Assembly: GCA_018992685.1 (NCBI GenBank) | Contig: JACVGT010000011.1 | Coordinates: 1-64,000 of the forward strand | Direction: 5' to 3' | Source of the DNA: Theionarchaea archaeon | Lineage (GTDB): Archaea; Methanobacteriota_B; Thermococci; Methanofastidiosales; SZ-28-30 | DNA: 64,000 bases | Shown: positions 18,727 through 27,985 of the stretch, in pieces | Position numbering within the stretch: the stretch's first letter is position 1 | How the letters are laid out: each line of letters opens with the position of its first letter | Notes under the pieces: generated by a model | The model's database searches: none | Told to the model about the DNA's origin: nothing | Seen by the model: the letters and a program-made list of their open reading frames with translations, nothing else | Position numbers and translations under genes: made by a program

Positions 18727-20355
18727 ATGCATGAGGTTGCTATCACCAATGGGCGCATCGTTGATGGAACGGGAAATCTGTGGTATAAGAGTGATATTGG
18801 CATTGATAATGGAATGATAGCTGAAATTGGATCGAATTTGAGGGGTGAAACAGAGATTGATGCATCGGGTAAAGTGGTATGTCCTGGGTTTGTTGATATC
18901 CACTCTCATACTGATTTTATCCTCCCTTTTTACTGCAGTATGGACTCATTTGTTCATCAGGGTATCACTACCTGTGTGGTAGGAATGTGTGGGTCAAGTC
19001 TGGCACCGGTGCATCCGGGAAAAGAGGAGGAATTCAGGAAGCAGGCAAGTGCGTTCATTCCTTTTTTTAGGGATCTGGACATTAGCTGGCATACATTTTC
19101 TGAGTATCTTTCAGAACTGGAGAAGAGTTCAATTCCCTGTAATGTTGTCCCAGTTGTGGGGTATGAGAGTGTCCGAATGGCGGGCGGCCCCGGATTTGAG
19201 GATCGGCCCCCTACTCCCGAAGAACTGGTTACCATGGAGGGCCATGTTAGAGAAGCCATGGAGGCGGGAGCCTTTGGTATGAGTACAGGGCTTATCTATG
19301 CTCCACAAACGTATGCAACAACTGAGGAGCTCATCGAACTGGCAAGAGTGGTGGGTCAGTACGGCGGGCTGTATTTTTCGCATATCCGCGGCGAGGGAAG
19401 GACGCTCATGGAGGCGGTGCGGGAGTTTATCAGGATAGTGGAGAAGTCTGGGTGCAGAGGAGGACAGATAGCGCATTTCAAGGTTTCAGGAAAGAAATAC
19501 TGGGGAACGAGTGTTGAGGCTTTGAAACTGGTAGAAGAGGCCAACGAGAGAGGGATCAATGTAACATATGATTCGTATCCCTATGACAGGGGATTTTCTT
19601 CATTAGTGACCGCATTGCCGCCCTGGGCCAGAGAGGGTGGTCTTGAAATAACGTTGCAGCGACTAAGAAACCCTGATGTTCGAGAGCGCATCAAGGAAGA
19701 AACTGTGAAAGATGTACCCTATGTGAGTTGGGAGAACTGGATCAAGACCAATGGGTTTGAAAAGTTGTATGTCTCTCGAGTGAATCGAGAGAAATGGAAG
19801 GACATTGAAGGCAAGAGTCTTTCCGAGATTACTGTCATGAAAGGGTTTTCTGATGAATGGGAGACTCTTTTCACACTGCTGCTGGAAGAGGAGCTTGGAG
19901 TCCAGATTACCTTGGAATCCATGTGTGATGAAGATATCCGCTGTATTATGACCAGCAGGTATCACATGGTGGGAACAGATGGGCTGGGAATACCTCAGAA
20001 TCCTATGCTGGGAACATTTCATCCCCGGTTTTTTGGCACATATCCTCGGATTCTGGGGAAATATGTGCGGGAGGAGAGAGTTCTTACACTAGAAGATGCT
20101 GTCCGCAGGATGACCTCTTTTCCGGCCCAGAGGTTGGGATTACACGACAGAGGGGTTCTGAAGAAACATATGTGGGCAGACATAGTGATATTTGACCCAG
20201 ATGCTATTATTGACACGGCTACGTACCAGGATCCTCACCAGTTTCCGGAGGGCATATGCTACGTCATTGTGAATGGTTATACAGTCCTCAAGAATGGTGA
20301 GCAGGTGAAAGCCATCCCGGGCAGAGTCTTGCGAAAGCGTTTCAGAAACCCATAG
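18727..20355 (+). CDS. N-acyl-D-amino-acid deacylase (amidohydrolase)
   Basis: PGFVDIHSHTD, GMSTGLIY, SHIRGE, HPRFFGTYPR and ADIVIFD. Confidence 0.92.
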   Translation: MHEVAITNGRIVDGTGNLWYKSDIGIDNGMIAEIGSNLRGETEIDASGKVVCPGFVDIHSHTDFILPFYCSMDSFVHQGITTCVVGMCGSSLAPVHPGKEEEFRKQASAFIPFFRDLDISWHTFSEYLSELEKSSIPCNVVPVVGYESVRMAGGPGFEDRPPTPEELVTMEGHVREAMEAGAFGMSTGLIYAPQTYATTEELIELARVVGQYGGLYFSHIRGEGRTLMEAVREFIRIVEKSGCRGGQIAHFKVSGKKYWGTSVEALKLVEEANERGINVTYDSYPYDRGFSSLVTALPPWAREGGLEITLQRLRNPDVRERIKEETVKDVPYVSWENWIKTNGFEKLYVSRVNREKWKDIEGKSLSEITVMKGFSDEWETLFTLLLEEELGVQITLESMCDEDIRCIMTSRYHMVGTDGLGIPQNPMLGTFHPRFFGTYPRILGKYVREERVLTLEDAVRRMTSFPAQRLGLHDRGVLKKHMWADIVIFDPDAIIDTATYQDPHQFPEGICYVIVNGYTVLKNGEQVKAIPGRVLRKRFRNP

Positions 20356-20523
20356 GAATAGCTGTCAATGATTTTGAGAAAAGTGGGGGATTTCTGACTT
20401 TCTACAGAACCGGAATAGCTGTACGGGCTAGTACTCTCCTTTCCCCGGTCTTGGAGTGGATTCAGGGCTCAATCCCAGAGCCAGAAGTGTAACCTTTAAA
20501 AGTGAGTATTCAACACAACGTTC

Positions 20524-21864
20524 ATGAATCGTAAAACTGGGTTCCTGTTGATTATTGTTGCAATACTGGCAGTATCTACACTGGCATATTTATTCCCTTC
20601 TCGAAAACCTGAGGAGGGTACCCCCCCGGAGTCACAGCAGCCTGAAAAGGAAGCCCCGTTGTTGTGGACAGTGCCTCTGCAAAATTTCACATCCCAGTAT
20701 TTTGAGGGGAACCTTTTCTGTGTTGCAGACAATGAGGTTAAGGTGTTTGATGGTGGGACGGGAGCCCTGAAGTGGAGTGCCAGAACAGAATCGTTGATTG
20801 TGTCCTTTGATTACACTGAAAATACATTCTTGATAGCTGAGCAGGGACTAGTCGTGGCATTTGATGCTCGAACTGGAGAAGAGAAATGGGAGCATTCCCT
20901 GGGAGAGGGGGAATACTGCTCAAAGACTGGGAAGTACCTGGAGGCAGAAAATGGAGTTGTATACGTTGGCACTCCCACACCTTCGGTGTACTGTCTCGAG
21001 GCAAAAGATGGAACAGTTGTCTGGGATTACAGTGAAGGATTGGAGATCTGTCCTCAGATCAAGATCATCGGGGACAGACTACTAATACACAGTATGAAGG
21101 TGGTGTGCCTCAAGAAGAAGACGGGTGAGTACGTATGGGAGTTTTCTGATTATGCGCCGGGCGCCCTCTACTATGAGGGTGTCATGCTACTGAATGCAGT
21201 TGACAAGACGGGTCACTTCTATTATGCGTTGGTAGACGAAGAGACAGGAGAAGTTCTGTGGCAGGAAAGCAGTTTCAGCATTCCAGATCTCGGATACAAG
21301 AACGGGCTATTGTACTTGAACAAGGCAAGGAGGTTACAGCGGTTTGATATCCATGACGTGAAATCGGGTTATACGTGGCAGTATGGGCATGGAAAAGAGA
21401 TTGCTACGTGGACTGAGGCAGATAAAGGTGCAGTCATACTGCTATACAGCCAAGAGGGCACGAATTATCTATTAGATTCTCTTGTCCTCGTAGATAACGA
21501 AGGGTCAGTGGTCTGGGAACACCAGTATGGAGGCATAGAGTGGAACCCTGCGTATAAAGTCCACCTGGAGGTTCTCAAAGAAGAGATTCTCGTGCTGAGA
21601 GAAGGAGGGTACATTGAAGCGTTCAGTAAGGATGGGGTAAAAACGTGGGAAACGAAAATACAGGAAGCCAGTGACAGTGTCATGGTACAGGGGGACACGG
21701 TCTTCATAACTGCACAGGACGGGATATACTGCCTGAATACCAGGGGGTTCTTATTGTGGGAGTACCACACTGGCGTCGAGAAAGATTCATTGGATATTTT
21801 CGAGATCAATGATGGGAAAATCTTTGTAGCAGGAACGCAGGGGATATATGTGTTTTCTCTGTGA
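20524..21864 (+). CDS. Membrane-anchored PQQ-like beta-propeller repeat protein
   Basis: N-terminal TM helix and repeated (A/C)(F/L)DAxTGxxxW units. Confidence 0.8.
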   Translation: MNRKTGFLLIIVAILAVSTLAYLFPSRKPEEGTPPESQQPEKEAPLLWTVPLQNFTSQYFEGNLFCVADNEVKVFDGGTGALKWSARTESLIVSFDYTENTFLIAEQGLVVAFDARTGEEKWEHSLGEGEYCSKTGKYLEAENGVVYVGTPTPSVYCLEAKDGTVVWDYSEGLEICPQIKIIGDRLLIHSMKVVCLKKKTGEYVWEFSDYAPGALYYEGVMLLNAVDKTGHFYYALVDEETGEVLWQESSFSIPDLGYKNGLLYLNKARRLQRFDIHDVKSGYTWQYGHGKEIATWTEADKGAVILLYSQEGTNYLLDSLVLVDNEGSVVWEHQYGGIEWNPAYKVHLEVLKEEILVLREGGYIEAFSKDGVKTWETKIQEASDSVMVQGDTVFITAQDGIYCLNTRGFLLWEYHTGVEKDSLDIFEINDGKIFVAGTQGIYVFSL

Positions 21865-21918
21865 AGAGGAGTATTGTATTCGTATCCAGAGGGGTTAATT
21901 GACCATGGAGGAGTGGAA

Positions 21919-23838
21919 ATGCCTGACAAGAAAATTGCACCGTACGGGTCATGGAAGTCACCCATCACTTCGGATCTGATAGGGTCTGAGACGATTGCTC
22001 TGGGGCAAATTGCTCTGGAGGGTGATGATACGTACTGGATGGAGGTTCGACCTTCAGAAGGCGGTCGGTACGTAATTGTCAGACTATCTCATGATGAAAC
22101 AAGTGATGTAACACCTTTGCCGTACAGTGCCAGAACCCGAGTGCACGAGTATGGTGGTGGAGCTTTTGCGGTTGAAGATGGGATTGTGTACTTTACAAAT
22201 TTTGATGATCAAAGGCTGTATAGCCAGAAGATTGGAGAGGACCCAATCCCTATTACATCAGAAAAAGCCCTTCGGTATGCTGATATCGTCGTAGACAAAC
22301 GAGGAGACCTCATCTGTGTACAGGAGGATCATACTCACTCGGATCGTGAAGCAGTGAATACTTTAGTTAGAATAACTCCTGAATCAGGGAGTTCTCAAGA
22401 TCTGGTGTCAGGAAATGATTTTTATTCTACACCTCGGTTCAACCCTGATCAGACTATGCTGGCCTGGCTCACCTGGAACCATCCTTGTATGCCCTGGGAT
22501 GGCACTGAATTATGGGTTGCAGAATATTCGCCTGAAGGATTGATGAACCCTCAAAAAGTGGCAGGAGGCACTGAAGAATCTGTTTTCCAGCCTGAGTGGT
22601 CTCCTGATGGTAGGTTACACTTTGTGTCTGATAGGTCAGGCTGGTGGAACCTGTATTGCTGGGATTTCGATGAGATAACTCCTGTTTTGTTGATGGAGGC
22701 TGAATTTGGAGTCCCCCAGTGGCGATTTGGCCAATGTACATATGGGTTCTTATCTGGAGGGGACATTGTGTGCACGTTCTCTCAGAAAGGGGAATGGCAT
22801 ATGGGCATCATAGACAGTGAAACGGGTTCTTTGGATGTGTTGGAGACACTATACACGCTCATGGAGTATGTGAAGGTTACAGACGAGAGAGTGGTGTTTC
22901 GTGGAGGGTCTCCAGATGAATGTAATTGTATTGTTGAATTGGATGTGAAGAAAGGGGAGTTCAGGGTACTACGCAGGGAGAACCCTTCCAGTGTTGAAGA
23001 GGAGTACCTTTCTAAACCGGGGGTTATTGAGTTTCCTACAGATAATGGATTAACGAGCTATGCAATTTATTATCCTCCCAGAAACAAAGAATACATGGGT
23101 CCTGAGGATGAAGCCCCTCCCCTGATAGTGAGAAGCCATGGTGGACCTACAGATGCTGCTGATACTGCTCTGGATCTCAGGATACAATACTGGACCAGCA
23201 GGGGATTTGCCGTGGTGGATGTGAATTACGGGGGGAGCACAGGATATGGCAGGGAATATCGGAATCGACTTCAGGGGACCTGGGGGATCACGGATGTTTC
23301 CGAATGTGTGAATGCTGCATTATATCTGGTGGAAAAGGGAAGAGTGGATGCGAACAGGGTGGCTATTAGAGGGGGGAGTGCTGGAGGATATACGACATTG
23401 TGCGCACTCACGTTTCATGATCAGTTTAGAGCGGGAGCAAGTTATTACGGTGTCAGTGATCTGGAAGCACTGGCCAGGGAAACTCATAAGTTTGAGTCTC
23501 ACTATCTGGATAACCTGGTGGGGCCTTATCCTGAAGCTCGTAAAGTGTACGTAGAACGTTCTCCCATCTATTATGTGGATCAGTTATCGTGTCCCGTGAT
23601 TTTCTTCCAGGGATTGGACGACAAAGTGGTGCCTCCGAATCAGGCTGAGATGATGGTGGAAGCACTGCGTGAGAAAGGGATACCGGTGGCTTACCTTGCG
23701 TTTGAGGGAGAACAGCATGGATTCCGCAGTGCAAAGAATATAAAACGCGCCTTGGATAGCGAACTATATTTTTACAGTAAGATATTTGGGTTTTTAGTGG
23801 CTGATCCAGTAGAACCTATTGTTATTGAGAATTTGTAG
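21919..23838 (+). CDS. S9 family (prolyl oligopeptidase / acylaminoacyl) peptidase
   Basis: APYGSWKSP, HGGP, GGSAGG, D in QGLDD and H in EQHGF. ATG 21919 follows ggagg. Confidence 0.93.
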   Translation: MPDKKIAPYGSWKSPITSDLIGSETIALGQIALEGDDTYWMEVRPSEGGRYVIVRLSHDETSDVTPLPYSARTRVHEYGGGAFAVEDGIVYFTNFDDQRLYSQKIGEDPIPITSEKALRYADIVVDKRGDLICVQEDHTHSDREAVNTLVRITPESGSSQDLVSGNDFYSTPRFNPDQTMLAWLTWNHPCMPWDGTELWVAEYSPEGLMNPQKVAGGTEESVFQPEWSPDGRLHFVSDRSGWWNLYCWDFDEITPVLLMEAEFGVPQWRFGQCTYGFLSGGDIVCTFSQKGEWHMGIIDSETGSLDVLETLYTLMEYVKVTDERVVFRGGSPDECNCIVELDVKKGEFRVLRRENPSSVEEEYLSKPGVIEFPTDNGLTSYAIYYPPRNKEYMGPEDEAPPLIVRSHGGPTDAADTALDLRIQYWTSRGFAVVDVNYGGSTGYGREYRNRLQGTWGITDVSECVNAALYLVEKGRVDANRVAIRGGSAGGYTTLCALTFHDQFRAGASYYGVSDLEALARETHKFESHYLDNLVGPYPEARKVYVERSPIYYVDQLSCPVIFFQGLDDKVVPPNQAEMMVEALREKGIPVAYLAFEGEQHGFRSAKNIKRALDSELYFYSKIFGFLVADPVEPIVIENL

Positions 23839-23946
23839 GTAGTGAATTTGGATTTTGGCTGACCAGCATTTTCTTGAACTCAAGTGGGCAAACGGGTGTC
23901 CCTTTGATTGCTCTTCCTCATGAAGTTACAATGAGAGAAACCTTAT

Positions 23947-23968
23947 TAGGATATCCTTGGATATCCTA
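23947..23968. promoter_or_regulatory. Perfect inverted repeat (candidate operator) between TATA box and small ORF
   Basis: taggatatcc-tt-ggatatccta, directly after aaaccttatt and 3 nt before ATG 23972. Confidence 0.65.
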
Positions 23969-23971
23969 TAT

Positions 23972-24133
23972 ATGAGGAAAATTGAGATCATTGACAATGA
24001 GAAGATCGTGCTCACCGATGAAGTAGAAATGGTATATGAGAAAGAAATAACTCCGTTTGGAAACAGCGCAAAGATTGGTGCTCCAAGAGAATATATCGCC
24101 AGGAGGGCTTATGTCATAATCCTAAAGAAGTGA
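23972..24133 (+). CDS. Small DUF2080-like (AbrB-type) DNA-binding protein, 53 aa; absent from the ORF track
   Basis: Manual translation MRKIEIIDNEKIVLTDEVEMVYEKEITPFGNSAKIGAPREYIARRAYVIILKK. The EKxxTPFGNSAK...P..YI...AYVII pattern matches DUF2080. Confidence 0.8.
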   Translation: MRKIEIIDNEKIVLTDEVEMVYEKEITPFGNSAKIGAPREYIARRAYVIILKK

Positions 24134-24291
24134 AAATGAATTCTGTCCCAAAGCCGTAGAAACCGAAATCTTTATATACAAATGAGTTCAGCCAGTTTCA
24201 TGAAATTGACAAGAAGGGATTTATTTCCAGGCTGCTCGTTTTAGAATCCACCTAGGGGAAACCTTCTTGCTGCATTTTAGGAGGAATTTCT

Positions 24292-25722
24292 ATGAGTGAA
24301 GACTTAGGCATAACCATAAAGAAAGAAGAGAATTTCTCAGAGTGGTATAACCAGGTAGTCTTAAAGGCTGAACTGGCAGACTATTCACCGGTGAAAGGGT
24401 GCATGGTAATCCGCCCTCACGGATACAGAATCTGGGAACTCATCCAATCCTTCCTGGATACCAGAATCAAGGAAACAGGCCATCAGAATGTGTACTTCCC
24501 GCTGTTCATACCGGAGCACTTCTTTGAGAGAGAAGCTGAGCACGTGAAGGGATTTTCCCCCGAAGTAGCATGGGTTACCCATGGTGGAGATACACCTTTA
24601 GAAGAGAAGCTGGCTGTGAGGCCCACCAGTGAGACTATCATGTATGACATGTATTCCAAGTGGATCAGGAGCTGGAGAGATCTTCCACTTCTTCTGAACC
24701 AGTGGTGCAACATCGTGAGATGGGAAACCAAGATGACCAAGTTGTTCATGCGCACCAGGGAATTTCTGTGGCAGGAAGGCCATACAGCTCATGCCACCAA
24801 AGAGGAAGCCGACGAGGAAGCCCTGAAAATGTTGGATGTCTACAGGGAAGTGTATGAGGATTTGCTGGCCATCCCCGTGATACCGGGAACGAAGACAGAG
24901 AGTGAAAAGTTCCCGGGAGCCTTGTACACTTTGACACTGGAGTCTTTAATGCCTGATAAGCGGGCTACCCAATCTGCCACCACCCATAATCTGGGACAGC
25001 GCTTCTCAGAAGCGTTTAATATCACCTTCATCGACAAGGATGAACAGAAGAAATCTGTGTGGCAAACCTCCTGGGGATTGTCCACCCGATCCGTGGCAGT
25101 AGCTGTCATGGTGCATTCAGACGATAAAGGGTTGGTCTTACCTCCCAGGGTAGCTCCCATTCATGTGGTGATCATTCCTATCATCTTCCAGGAGAGTAGA
25201 GGAGCTATCCAGGAGATGGCCTTGAAAGTCAAAGAGATGCTTGGGACGGTTGCTGTTGTCCTGGATGATAGGGAAGAATATACAGCAGGGTGGAAATTCA
25301 ACCACTGGGAAGTCAAGGGAGTCCCTGTGAGGATAGAGATAGGTCCTAGAGATGTGAAAAAGGACCAGGTAGTCCTGGTGAGACGGGATACGGGTGAGAA
25401 GCGGGCAATCCCTACGAACACCGTTGAAGAAGAGGTCCAAAAGACACTGACCAGTATCCAGGAAGATCTATTCAGAAAAGCCAAGAAATTCCTTGAGGAG
25501 AATACTGTCACAACAGATAATTATGAGGATCTCAAAGCCTACATCGAAGACAAGAAACTGGTGAGAACCAACTGGTGTGGTTCTGATGAGTGTGAAGCCA
25601 TCATCAAAGACGAAACAGGAGCATCCTCATGCTGTATTCCCTTCAACGAAGAGACCACAGGTACCTGCGTCTACTGTGGAGAAGATGCCAAATATCCGAT
25701 TTATTTCGCCAGACACTACTAA
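24292..25722 (+). CDS. proS: Prolyl-tRNA synthetase (archaeal/eukaryotic type)
   Basis: FSEWY, RPTSET, RTREFLWQEGHT, QTSWGLSTR and a C-terminal Zn domain. Confidence 0.97.
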   Translation: MSEDLGITIKKEENFSEWYNQVVLKAELADYSPVKGCMVIRPHGYRIWELIQSFLDTRIKETGHQNVYFPLFIPEHFFEREAEHVKGFSPEVAWVTHGGDTPLEEKLAVRPTSETIMYDMYSKWIRSWRDLPLLLNQWCNIVRWETKMTKLFMRTREFLWQEGHTAHATKEEADEEALKMLDVYREVYEDLLAIPVIPGTKTESEKFPGALYTLTLESLMPDKRATQSATTHNLGQRFSEAFNITFIDKDEQKKSVWQTSWGLSTRSVAVAVMVHSDDKGLVLPPRVAPIHVVIIPIIFQESRGAIQEMALKVKEMLGTVAVVLDDREEYTAGWKFNHWEVKGVPVRIEIGPRDVKKDQVVLVRRDTGEKRAIPTNTVEEEVQKTLTSIQEDLFRKAKKFLEENTVTTDNYEDLKAYIEDKKLVRTNWCGSDECEAIIKDETGASSCCIPFNEETTGTCVYCGEDAKYPIYFARHY

Positions 25723-25766
25723 TTTTTTCTTTTTCTTTATCCACAAAACCAGAAAAAGGAAAGGTA

Positions 25767-26669
25767 TTACATTATCTTGTCTCCCTTCTCGTACCGCTCC
25801 TTTTTCACTTCCAGTGATTCCCAGGTAAGGTCATAGATTCTCTCCAGATCCATGTACTGTCCCTTCTCTTCGTACATCTTTCGAATGACGTCGCGCATTC
25901 CCTTGGTCTTCAAATCACCAATAGCAACAGCACCAAACAGGAATTTTCCATCCACTTCTTTCGCATCGTCTACCACTTCTATTCCCTCGATTCCGGCTGG
26001 AGGATACGCATTTACATCTGCCAGGACCCTAATAGAGGGTGTTTTCATCCAGATATCCTTCTTCATCAACTGGATACCCGCTTTCCCCGTACCAATAATA
26101 ATCTGACCGTCCTCCACAGCTTTCATGCATTCTTCATCATTGGAAACCTGCAATGGTGTAATATCTCTGTTGTACTTCTCCTTTATCTTTTTGCACACAG
26201 CCTCGGCCTTCTCCTGCTTTCTCGACGTCAATACCACTGAAGCTCCCTCTCTGTGGAGCAGCACTGATACCCGTTCCCCTACAGCGCCCGTCCCTGCCAG
26301 GACCACAGCCTTCATTCCTTTCATATCACCCAGTACGTCCTTTATCTTGGCCACGGTAGCAGCAGAGGTCGTCGTGTTCCCGTCAGGATCTGCCATGACA
26401 GATACTTTGAAATCACCAAAAAACGTCTTTTTTGCCTTCTTCATCATCTCATCTGCCAGATCGGAATCATTGCCGCCAAACAAAATCGCCGTGTTCACCA
26501 GTTTCTTGGGTCTTCTGGTGAATATACACCCGTGGACCATGCTGGTGATATCGTCCGGGGAAACATTCCCGAAGGGTAGAACTATATCTACGTCGGAATC
26601 GTAGGCTACAATTAGATCAAAGAGGCTGGGCTGTTTCTCATTGCTTACATAGACTAGGATTTTCTTCAT
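25767..26669 (-). CDS. NAD(P)-dependent methylene-H4MPT/H4F dehydrogenase (MtdA/MtdB-like)
   Basis: FDLIVAYD, IFTR, TAILFGG, SVMADPDGNTTTSAA, GTGAVG, DVNAYPPAGIEG and GAVAIGDLK. Confidence 0.82.
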   Translation of the reverse strand: MKKILVYVSNEKQPSLFDLIVAYDSDVDIVLPFGNVSPDDITSMVHGCIFTRRPKKLVNTAILFGGNDSDLADEMMKKAKKTFFGDFKVSVMADPDGNTTTSAATVAKIKDVLGDMKGMKAVVLAGTGAVGERVSVLLHREGASVVLTSRKQEKAEAVCKKIKEKYNRDITPLQVSNDEECMKAVEDGQIIIGTGKAGIQLMKKDIWMKTPSIRVLADVNAYPPAGIEGIEVVDDAKEVDGKFLFGAVAIGDLKTKGMRDVIRKMYEEKGQYMDLERIYDLTWESLEVKKERYEKGDKIM

Positions 26670-26906
26670 GAATTCACCTGCATTTACTTGCAAATCCTGT
26701 TTAAACGTTTTTCCGTTGGCATACGTAAAGATTGATCCAATGCAGACCTTTTAGTCCCAGCAGTGTACGTAGTAGCTGAAATGGATCCAGATATGAGGTA
26801 CAGGAGTTACAGCATAAAGGATTGACCTCCACGGAAGAGGAGAAGAAAAAAGAAGGAAATCAGAAACTACGTATGGACTCCAGGGACAGGAAACGAAAAA
26901 GGGAAC

Positions 26907-27326
26907 TTATCTCTCACGTCTCTGGAAGACCGAACACCGGAATCCAAACTTCTCATTGTACAACGAACAGGCTTCCTCCCTGAACTGCTGTGTCCCTTTG
27001 AGTAATATCGTCACCTTACCGGAGCGGATCATCTGATCCGGATCGCCTTTGATGGTGTAGGGCGTATAGGGTTCAATGCCACTGGGGTAGTAGTAGATCC
27101 AGATTTCACCAATAGTCCTGTTGTCTTCCCTGTAAATGAGGTGACAGAAATGGGCTTCTTCATTAATAGAGCACTCGATGACCTCGCCATCAAGCTCGTC
27201 TAAAACGTAGTCCTTGGCACCGTTTTTCTCACCAATACCATCACTGTAGAAGACAATCACCAGAACGACAACAGCTACAATAACCAACAGAATAACCAAG
27301 AGGGCGAATTTCGTTTTTCTTTCCAT
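26907..27326 (-). CDS. Membrane-anchored hypothetical protein
   Basis: Long N-terminal hydrophobic helix, four Cys, and a TATA box upstream. Confidence 0.65.
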   Translation of the reverse strand: MERKTKFALLVILLVIVAVVVLVIVFYSDGIGEKNGAKDYVLDELDGEVIECSINEEAHFCHLIYREDNRTIGEIWIYYYPSGIEPYTPYTIKGDPDQMIRSGKVTILLKGTQQFREEACSLYNEKFGFRCSVFQRRER

Positions 27327-27430
27327 GAACCAGAAAAGGAACTGAACTTAATAAACCTTTCCCACTCGGTGACGCATTCAGAGATCACGAAAAAGACAAC
27401 CCTTATGAAGACCCCCTTCTTTACCAGAGC

Positions 27431-27937
27431 ATGGAAGAGAAATCACTGGAAGCCAGGATATCAAAACTGGAACAGGGATTTGACAGACACTCCCAGCGGT
27501 TTCAGGCATTGAAATCGCGCATCAAGACGGAGCCCGAAATCTTTGGGTTTGATGATATGGCACAGCAGATTATTGGGGCAGCTCTTCTTTCCAGCCCCTT
27601 CTGTGCAACAGAAGAGATCTGGCGCCTTGCCAATTCCATCAGCCTTTACAGGGCTGTTGGCATTCTTGGACTGTCTGTCGTTCTGGGAGTGATCCTCATT
27701 TATTTTACTGATTACCAGAAAGTGGCTGACCACGAACGATTTGGCCAGTACGCCCCCATCAGGATTGTCTCTCTGGTGTGCGTGTCCTATGGAATAGTAA
27801 CCATTATCTTGTTTGTTCTTGGAGTGTTCAACTATCAGGTGGTGGCAGAATTCGGGCATCTGTGGAGGGTGAAAGTTGTGGTCCTGGTGGGATTCTTTGC
27901 AACGTTGGGTGGAGCGATAGCCGATGTCATCAGGTAG
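27431..27937 (+). CDS. DUF2391-like membrane protein
   Basis: DMAQQIIGA..LSSPFCATEEIW and an ending GGAIAD. Confidence 0.7.
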   Translation: MEEKSLEARISKLEQGFDRHSQRFQALKSRIKTEPEIFGFDDMAQQIIGAALLSSPFCATEEIWRLANSISLYRAVGILGLSVVLGVILIYFTDYQKVADHERFGQYAPIRIVSLVCVSYGIVTIILFVLGVFNYQVVAEFGHLWRVKVVVLVGFFATLGGAIADVIR

Positions 27938-27985
27938 TAACCCCGGTTGTGCAAACCCTTTTAAGACATACAGTGAGTGAGACCC

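Noticed and set aside
18547-18909. N-terminal 121-aa extension of the S8 ORF given in the track
   Set aside because: It overlaps the divergent aminoacylase gene. The RBS and signal peptide point to ATG 18546.
23840-24165. IS element around the DUF2080-like gene
   Set aside because: No transposase/TnpB, terminal inverted repeats or target-site duplication is visible.
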